Origin: Verrucomicrobia bacterium UBA3869
Lineage (GTDB): Bacteria; Verrucomicrobiota; Verrucomicrobiia; Opitutales; UBA9783
Assembly (NCBI GenBank): GCA_002392285.1
Contig: DGGR01000018.1
Location: 1 to 5,278 of the forward strand
Direction: 5' to 3'
DNA length: 5,278 nt
Part shown: one piece after another, positions 1 through 5,278 of the stretch
Layout of the letters: every line of letters begins with the position of its first letter
Position numbering within the stretch: position 1 is the first letter of the stretch
The notes under the pieces: generated by a model
What the model saw: only the letters and a program-made list of their open reading frames with translations
Databases searched by the model: none
Told to the model about the DNA's origin: nothing
Translations under genes and position numbers: made by a program

Positions 1-59
<59 letters not shown>

Positions 60-88
60 ATAGTTTCCGCATTTTTACTGCTTTTTAA

Positions 89-1021
89 TTAGACGTAATG
101 CCAAATTTTCCGATAAGCCTGCTTATTTGGGAACAATGAACGGAATTTGTTGAGCAAATAGCTTACATAATAGGGCTTTTGTAGCATCATCCCAATGAGG
201 CAATGCTTGAGTAATTGATCCAACGTTTTGATTTCGGTTGGGGATTTTACAAAGGTTAGGGTATGATGAAGTTCTAAATCTGAAAATAATGGGTTTTTTA
301 CGATAGAAATAGGTATAAAATTTTTGTCCTTAAAGAAATTAAAAATGTCTCCGAAGGTATGTTGATTTTTGTAAAAAGGAATAGCGTGGGTTAATAATTG
401 GATACAGGTTGCTCGTTGAAAAAATGAATCAGGCATAGCGCTGAATATCTCATATTCAGGTCCCATAAGCCCGCTATTGCAGTAATCATATGGGATGTCT
501 TCAAGGATATCCTGTGGAGCTTTGACCTGTACGGATGCGATTTTTTTGGTTGTCCACCAATCGGCCCATTCGGGATGATATTGTCGAAGCAATTCTGTGT
601 TGGGCTCTGTAATCCCTGAGCATCCTATCCAATTGGTTATATACAAAGTTTCGTGGCCGGTATGATTATAGATAGCGTAAGGATAAATTTTATCGAACTC
701 ACCGATTTTTAATAATCTTTCAGCTTCTGATGGTTCTGGCTCAATGCCGTAGGTCGTTTTGTTGTTAAAATTGGTTAATACTCCCCATATATTTTGAACA
801 GCGATAGAGCAATTATTCCATCCACCTCGTGCTCCTATACATAATAAATTAATATGTACCTGCGGATAATCGCTGTTAAGCAAGTCAATAAATCGTTGAA
901 TTTTGCGCTTAGTAATACGATAGGAAGCAATTCCGTTTTTGTTATGGGAAAGCTGATAATCGTTGAGGGTATTACGTACTAAAGGGATTGATTTAAGAAA
1001 GTTTTTTAGGATCTCGTTCAT
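89..1021 (-). CDS. FkbM-family (Methyltransf_21-like) SAM-dependent methyltransferase-like protein, divergent; paralog of the gene at 4635..5278
   Basis: Uninterrupted 310-aa ORF with an ATG start. LLCIGARGGW (nt 818-847) resembles the FkbM motif I (D-[IV]-G-A-x-x-G). GIEPEPSEAERL resembles the family's F-E-P-x-P...L segment. YAIYNHTGHETLYI resembles the A-[LV]-S...G...[FL] segment. PEYEIFSAM resembles the G-A-E-x-E-V-L segment. It aligns along its length with the right-hand ORF. No obvious Shine-Dalgarno lies upstream. The function call rests on motifs only. Confidence 0.7.
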   Translation of the reverse strand: MNEILKNFLKSIPLVRNTLNDYQLSHNKNGIASYRITKRKIQRFIDLLNSDYPQVHINLLCIGARGGWNNCSIAVQNIWGVLTNFNNKTTYGIEPEPSEAERLLKIGEFDKIYPYAIYNHTGHETLYITNWIGCSGITEPNTELLRQYHPEWADWWTTKKIASVQVKAPQDILEDIPYDYCNSGLMGPEYEIFSAMPDSFFQRATCIQLLTHAIPFYKNQHTFGDIFNFFKDKNFIPISIVKNPLFSDLELHHTLTFVKSPTEIKTLDQLLKHCLIGMMLQKPYYVSYLLNKFRSLFPNKQAYRKIWHYV

Positions 1022-1102
1022 GTTTATGAGAAATTACTTGCTATTATGTTGAAGTTTCCTCAAAGTTTAAAGGTAAAGGAATGAATGATTCAATTCTTTT
1101 TT

Positions 1103-1107
1103 GAGGA
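1103..1107 (+). promoter_or_regulatory. Shine-Dalgarno (GAGGA) for rpsA
   Basis: gagga at 1103-1107 lies 9 nt upstream of the ATG at 1117. This supports the first ATG over the in-frame ATG at 1129. Confidence 0.6.
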
Positions 1108-1116
1108 TTTAATAAT

Positions 1117-2784
1117 ATGTCAGAAGTAATGGATCGTCTGTTGAATGCAGACACCTTTAAACGGTTAAAGGCCAATAGTATTGTTCCGGGAACAATTACC
1201 GGCATCCGCGAGGATGGAGTAACCGTAGATATCGGCGCAAAATCAGAGTGTCTAGTGCCAACGAGTGAATTTTTACAGTTGGATGATATGAAGGTTGGGG
1301 ATTCGATTGAGGTTTATGTGGATCGCGTAGAATCAGTTGATGGACGTCCAGTGGTATCTTACAGCCGGGCGCAGCAACAGAAAAACTGGGAAATTATTTT
1401 GGAGAAATGTTCCGAAGGCACTGAGTTGGCGGGAGTGGTTAAATCCAAAATCAATGGCGGTTTGGTTATCTATATCGGTGTTGATGCTTTTTGCCCAGCT
1501 TCTCATGTGGACGTGGTAGCTCCTAAGAATTTAGAGCAGTATATCGGTCAAACGGTAGATGTAAAAATTATCAAGATCAATCGCGCGCATAAGAACATTG
1601 TTGTTTCACGTAGGGAATTGATTGAAGACCATCGGAAACAAAAGCGTCAGGAAGCTTTAAACAAACTGACTGTGGGTTGTGTTTGCAAGGGGATTGTGAA
1701 GAACGTTACCGATTTCGGCGCCTTTATTGACCTCGACGGTATCGATGGATTCCTGCATACCTCTAATATCTCCTGGGAACGCATTGCGCATCCTAGTGAT
1801 AAGCTCAAAGTGGGTGATGAGGTTGAGGTTATGGTCATCGAAGTCGATTTGGAACAAGAACGGATTTCGGTCGGTATGAAGCAGCTTCAGAAGAACCCAT
1901 GGGAGCACCTAGATCAACAGTTCCCGGTTGGTATGACGGTTCACGGAACGGTTTCAACCGTATTGGATCGGGGTGCTTATGTTCAGGTGGCAGAGGGGAT
2001 CGATGGCTTTATTAAGGTGAGCGAGTTATCTTGGACCAAACGCTTCCATAAGGCAAGTGAAATGCTTCACGAAGGGGATGAGGTTGATGCTAAAGTGATA
2101 GAGGTCAATAAAGACACCCAAACGCTATTGCTCAGCTTGCGTCAATTGACCCAAAATCCTTGGGATACTGTTCAATATGATTATCCTAAGGGAGCTCGTG
2201 TAAAGGGTACGGTTTGCAATTTAACCCCCTTTGGTGTGTTTGTTAAGCTTGCAGAAGGGATTGATGGTATGATCCACGTATCCCAAATGGATTGGACTCA
2301 TAAGGTTAATAAGCCCAGTGATCTATTTAAGGAAGGCGATGAGGTAGAAGCGGTTGTATTAGACGTGGATACTGAAAAACATCAAATTTCTTTGGGCGTT
2401 AAACAACTAACCAAGGATCCATGGGAAGACATTGAAACCTTATATCACGTAGGTAAAGTCGTTAAAAATAAGGTCGTTAAGGTTATCGAACGTGGAGTTT
2501 TTGTAGGCCTTGAAGGGGGGATTGATGGATTCATCCCGATGGCTCAAATGGAAGACCTGCAAGGTAAGAGCTTAAAGGAAACCTATAAAGTTGGAGACGA
2601 AATCGAGGCTCGTATCATTAAGATTGATAAAAAAGAGCGTCGTATTTGCTTGTCGACCAAGGCCTTGAAGTACGATGATTCGCGCTTCTCTGAAGAGGTT
2701 AAATCCTTGAATGCTATACCAGCAGGACAAGAATTGACCAGCTTAAGCGATGCCTTTGATCAGGTTTATCATAAGGATGCTTAA
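1117..2784 (+). CDS. rpsA: 30S ribosomal protein S1 (six S1/OB-fold repeats)
   Basis: 555-aa ORF. Six tandem S1-domain repeats can be recognised, each with a G-x-V...G-[AV]-[FY]-[VI]...GI[DE]G[FLM][IL]H[VIT]S core. Examples are GIVKNVTDFGAFIDLDGIDGFLHTSNISW, GTVCNLTPFGVFVKLAEGIDGMIHVSQMDW and VVKVIERGVFVGLEGGIDGFIPMAQM. Inter-domain K-Q-L-x-x-[ND]-P-W linkers are present three times. A good SD precedes the start. The length and domain count match the long bacterial form of S1. Confidence 0.97.
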   Translation: MSEVMDRLLNADTFKRLKANSIVPGTITGIREDGVTVDIGAKSECLVPTSEFLQLDDMKVGDSIEVYVDRVESVDGRPVVSYSRAQQQKNWEIILEKCSEGTELAGVVKSKINGGLVIYIGVDAFCPASHVDVVAPKNLEQYIGQTVDVKIIKINRAHKNIVVSRRELIEDHRKQKRQEALNKLTVGCVCKGIVKNVTDFGAFIDLDGIDGFLHTSNISWERIAHPSDKLKVGDEVEVMVIEVDLEQERISVGMKQLQKNPWEHLDQQFPVGMTVHGTVSTVLDRGAYVQVAEGIDGFIKVSELSWTKRFHKASEMLHEGDEVDAKVIEVNKDTQTLLLSLRQLTQNPWDTVQYDYPKGARVKGTVCNLTPFGVFVKLAEGIDGMIHVSQMDWTHKVNKPSDLFKEGDEVEAVVLDVDTEKHQISLGVKQLTKDPWEDIETLYHVGKVVKNKVVKVIERGVFVGLEGGIDGFIPMAQMEDLQGKSLKETYKVGDEIEARIIKIDKKERRICLSTKALKYDDSRFSEEVKSLNAIPAGQELTSLSDAFDQVYHKDA

Positions 2785-2799
2785 TCATTCCTCTCTTAA

Positions 2800-4623
2800 A
2801 TGAGAGATCTATTGAATGTATGTATTAAGATCAGCGGGTACTACCTGTGTTTGTTGGGTAGTTTCCTGCTGGCTTATCATATAAAATATTGCTTCATGCT
2901 CCCGCGGTATATCCAGCCCATTATGTGGACGGGTGCTTTGTGGATTGTATCGATAAAAGTAGTGGTATTATACGCAGCGGGAGAATTCCGCAATTTATTC
3001 GCTTATTTTCGCTTCCCCGATTTGGCAAAAATCGTTGTGTGCCTAACAACCATTGCTTTTGGAGAGTTATGCTTCCGGTATTATCAAGTCCCGTATTGGA
3101 TTCCGCAGCGCGAGGTCATTTTATCGGATCTATTATTCTCAATTCTCTTTGTTTTTTTTGTTCGTGCGTTCGTACGGTTGATTCATGCGCATTTTATCGA
3201 AATTGATTCTGAATCGAAAGCCCCATTTGTTACTCGGGTCGCATTGATTGGTATCAATGAGTCTACATCGCATTTAATTGCAGAATTGAAGGAACGCTCA
3301 TTCCTCAAAATTAAGCCTATCATTGTTCTGGATGATAACCCTAAGTACTTCGGTAAGGAATTACATTCAGTGCCGGTTTGTGGTTCTCCTGACCTATTGC
3401 AGGATTGGGTCGAAAAATATAACATTCAGGGTGTCATTTTTACCGGAGTAATACCCCAAAAACGCTTTTTAGAATTGGTGGAGCGTGCGAAAGCTCTGCG
3501 TTTGAAGATTTTTAATATTCCTTCTGCCGATAATTTTTTAAAAGGGGCAGTTCATGCCACCCAATTGCACGAATTGGATGTAGAGGATTTTTTGGTTCGC
3601 GATCCCATTAAGTTGGATTTGAGCGGTATTCAACGTGAGCTTGAAGGTCAGGTTGTTTGTGTTACGGGCGCAGGCGGTTCTATTGGCAGTGAATTATCTC
3701 GTCAAATTAGCGAACGTTCACCTAAACAGTTGATTTTAATCGACCATTCAGAATTTAATTTGTTCAAAATCCAGCAGGATTTATTGGGCAATGGTCATGC
3801 ATGCGAACCGGTTTTGTTAAACATTACTCATGAAGCGGATCTGAAGCAATGTTTAACGCAGTACCGACCGGATATTATTTTCCATGCAGCTGCATATAAA
3901 CATGTACCTTTGTTGGAAGAACAGCCGTTAGTAGCTATTAAAAACAATGTGGTCGGTACGGGATTGCTGGCGCGCTATGCATGCGAATTGGGAGTGAAGC
4001 ACTTTGTACTTATTTCGACCGATAAGGCCATTAAGCCCTACAATTTCATGGGAGCAAGTAAGCGCCTCTGTGAGTTGATATGTATGGGAATGCAGCATTT
4101 GAGCCATTCAACTCAATTTGTAGCGGTGCGTTTCGGCAATGTTTTGGGGTCTTCCGGTAGTGTGTTGCAAATCTTCCGTGAGCAATTGGCACACGGGGGA
4201 CCCTTAACGGTTACGCATCCGGACATGACGCGGTTTTTTATGACCATACCGGAGGCGGTAAGCTTGATTTTGGAAGCCTTTAGTTTCAAAAAAGCAAGCG
4301 GTGTCATTTATGTTTTGGATATGGGGCAACCGGTTAAAATAGTGGAGGTGGCTAAACGGATGATTGAGCTCAATCATTTAACCGTTGGAACCGATGTCCA
4401 AATTGTGTTTACAGGTCCGCGCCCAGGTGAAAAGCTGCATGAGGATTTGGTTTTTAATGCAGAACAAGTAACTTTAACTGCTAACCCCTTGATTGGTATC
4501 TTTAAACAGGAAGCATTGGGGCAATTTTCGCCATTAGATTGTTTGAAACAGGCTGAAGCTCTTCAATCGGATGCGGAAGTACTTCCCTTTATACGCCGCT
4601 ATATCCCAGAATTTAAGCAGTAA
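2800..4623 (+). CDS. Membrane-anchored polysaccharide biosynthesis protein, NDP-sugar (UDP-GlcNAc-type) 4,6-dehydratase/epimerase of the WbpM/PglF/CapD family (Polysacc_synt_2)
   Basis: 607-aa ORF. The N-terminal ~130 aa are hydrophobic, with about four predicted TM segments and the family-typical G-x-[YF]-R...[YF]-x-[SF]-x-x-D-L segment (GEFRNLFAYFRFPDL). A linker domain follows (IIVLDDNPKYFGKELHSVPVCG). The SDR catalytic domain has the NAD motif VTGAGGSIGSEL (nt 3661-3696), then HAAAYKHVPLLE, STDKA, NFMGASKRL, VRFGNVLGSSGSV, MTRFFMTIPEA and PGEKLHE, all characteristic of this family. No SD is visible. The start lies 15 nt after the rpsA stop. Confidence 0.9.
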   Translation: MRDLLNVCIKISGYYLCLLGSFLLAYHIKYCFMLPRYIQPIMWTGALWIVSIKVVVLYAAGEFRNLFAYFRFPDLAKIVVCLTTIAFGELCFRYYQVPYWIPQREVILSDLLFSILFVFFVRAFVRLIHAHFIEIDSESKAPFVTRVALIGINESTSHLIAELKERSFLKIKPIIVLDDNPKYFGKELHSVPVCGSPDLLQDWVEKYNIQGVIFTGVIPQKRFLELVERAKALRLKIFNIPSADNFLKGAVHATQLHELDVEDFLVRDPIKLDLSGIQRELEGQVVCVTGAGGSIGSELSRQISERSPKQLILIDHSEFNLFKIQQDLLGNGHACEPVLLNITHEADLKQCLTQYRPDIIFHAAAYKHVPLLEEQPLVAIKNNVVGTGLLARYACELGVKHFVLISTDKAIKPYNFMGASKRLCELICMGMQHLSHSTQFVAVRFGNVLGSSGSVLQIFREQLAHGGPLTVTHPDMTRFFMTIPEAVSLILEAFSFKKASGVIYVLDMGQPVKIVEVAKRMIELNHLTVGTDVQIVFTGPRPGEKLHEDLVFNAEQVTLTANPLIGIFKQEALGQFSPLDCLKQAEALQSDAEVLPFIRRYIPEFKQ

Positions 4624-4634
4624 TTAAAATCGTT

Positions 4635-5278
4635 TTAAACGAATCGCAGAATACTGCGAAACGCTTGATCATTTGGGAATAATGAAGTATAGCGATTAAG
4701 GATATAGCTAACGTAATAGGGTTTTTTTTGCAACATTCCCATTAAGCAGTGCTTTAAAACATCTTCTAAACAATAGATATTCCAAGGACCTTTTACAAAC
4801 ATGATGTTACAAACACAATCCATCTCTGCATAGAGAGGATAAAAATGATATTTTAAAGGATAAAAATCCTTTTGTTTCATAAATGTTAAGATGTCTGAGA
4901 TATCACTATTGGTTTTGTGGGTAGAAATGGACATGGTATGTATATCGATAGCTTGAAGTCGATCAAACCAACTCTGTGGCAATGAGGTAAGCACTTCATA
5001 TTCAGTAGCTTCTGTATCTAATTTCATCCAATCATAGGAACAGGTTGATCCACAAATATGACTCAAGGTTTCTGTTTCAATGGAAATTGTCTTATCAAGT
5101 GTTATCCACTGGACCCAATTAGGATCCATTCTTTTAAATTCTTCTATATTTGGTTCTTTAATACTTGAGCAAACTTTCCAATTCAAAATGTAAGCAGTTT
5201 CGGATCCATTTTTAATACCAACAAATTTTGTAAAAACCTTATCGTATCCGTATGTTGATTTTAATTCATTAGCTAACT
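4635..5278 (-). CDS. FkbM-family methyltransferase-like protein, paralog of 89..1021; N-terminus lies beyond the right window edge (partial)
   Basis: The reading frame stays open from the stop (4635-4637) to the window edge. Hand translation upstream of the track's start gives ...LANELKSTYGYDKVFTKFVGIKNGSETAYI-L-NWKVCSS. This aligns with ORF1 residues ~100-136 (ETLYITNWIGCSGITEPN versus ETAYILNWKVCSSIKEPN). The M at 5184-5186 in the track is an internal TTG codon (Leu), not a real start. The ORF contains YDWMKLDTEATEYEVL (nt 4980-5036), which matches the FkbM [IL]-D-x-[LM]-K-[IL]-D-x-E-G-x-E-x-E-V-L motif well. Confidence 0.7.
   Translation of the reverse strand, partial: LANELKSTYGYDKVFTKFVGIKNGSETAYILNWKVCSSIKEPNIEEFKRMDPNWVQWITLDKTISIETETLSHICGSTCSYDWMKLDTEATEYEVLTSLPQSWFDRLQAIDIHTMSISTHKTNSDISDILTFMKQKDFYPLKYHFYPLYAEMDCVCNIMFVKGPWNIYCLEDVLKHCLMGMLQKKPYYVSYILNRYTSLFPNDQAFRSILRFV

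Noticed and set aside
1022-1116. Attempt to place sigma70-type -35/-10 promoters for the divergent rpsA and left-paralog genes
   Set aside because: Candidate TTG... hexamers (1038-1043, 1049-1054) lack a convincing TAnnnT partner at 16-18 nt spacing. I cannot support a specific promoter call from sequence alone.
1337-1908. Three small ORFs from the track (1337..1519 +, 1647..1838 -, 1657..1908 -) lying inside rpsA
   Set aside because: They fall entirely within the strongly supported S1 coding frame, in other frames or on the other strand. Their translations have no recognisable motifs and low-complexity, unusual composition. They are typical shadow ORFs.
1739-2535. Recurrent DNA motif gg.at.gatgg...at (for example 1739-1750, 1996-2007, 2260-2271, 2521-2532), which could look like a dispersed repeat
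   Set aside because: It encodes the G-I-D-G-[FM] core of successive S1 domains. It is protein-domain repetition within rpsA, not a nucleotide repeat family or CRISPR-like array.
2791-2806. Small hairpin ctctc-ttaaat-gagag enclosing the dehydratase ATG (2800-2802), with an anti-SD-like cctctc arm
   Set aside because: It has only 5 bp including two A:U pairs, which is easily a chance occurrence. There is no basis to call it a regulatory element without conservation or folding energetics.
3152-3159. Homopolymer tracts inside coding regions as possible phase-variation switches: T8 in the dehydratase (3152-3159), T8/A8 in the right paralog (4722-4729), T7/A7 in the left paralog (541-547)
   Set aside because: A/T runs of 7-8 nt encoding Phe-Phe or Lys-Lys are common in AT-leaning genomes. 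They are shorter than tracts usually shown to be hypermutable. Without population or read-level length variation there is no evidence for phase variation.
3238-3267. Degenerate glycine-rich motif (VALIGINEST) in the linker domain of the dehydratase, where many family members have a G-A-G-type motif, while the catalytic VTGAGGSIGSEL is intact
   Set aside because: To my knowledge this N-proximal linker domain is variable in the WbpM/PglF/CapD family and is not the catalytic NAD site. The deviation alone is not evidence of altered function.
2889-3425. Small ORFs 2889..3206 (+) and 3183..3425 (-) inside the 5' part of the dehydratase gene
   Set aside because: They overlap the TM and linker region of a CDS whose frame continues into unmistakable SDR motifs. 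There is no independent SD or motif support.
4113-4307. Antisense 64-aa ORF inside the dehydratase catalytic domain
   Set aside because: It is a shadow ORF opposite the conserved VRFGNVLGSSGSV...MTRFFMTIPEA region, with no supporting signal.
5184-5186. Start codon implied by the ORF track for the right-hand paralog (183-aa version)
   Set aside because: The codon is TTG, and the frame remains open upstream to the window edge. The upstream translation aligns with the left paralog. It is an internal Leu codon, and the real start lies outside the window.

Overview
This window holds mostly recognisable genes, and I do not see a defence system, toxin-antitoxin pair, CRISPR array or mobile element. 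On the + strand: (i) the 3' two-thirds of a tRNA-Met(CAU) that looks like an initiator tRNA, cut by the left edge; (ii) rpsA, a full-length six-domain ribosomal protein S1; (iii) 15 nt later, a 607-aa membrane-anchored WbpM/PglF/CapD-type NDP-sugar 4,6-dehydratase/epimerase. The rpsA-dehydratase pair is bracketed by two genes on the - strand that are clear paralogs of each other. Both look like divergent FkbM-family (Methyltransf_21-like) SAM methyltransferases. The right-hand copy runs off the window edge, and the TTG start in the ORF track is an artefact. The most notable observations concern this pair: same orientation on both sides of a housekeeping gene, lower GC than the core genes by spot counts, a shared well-conserved C-terminal tail of about 43 aa that I cannot assign to the FkbM core, and loss of the K-[IL]-D-x-E-type motif in the left copy only. 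Lesser observations are the unusual rpsA/sugar-dehydratase linkage, a 7-codon mini-uORF whose stop overlaps the rpsA Shine-Dalgarno, and atypical identity elements in the tRNA. All functional calls come from motif recognition by eye; no database search was possible.
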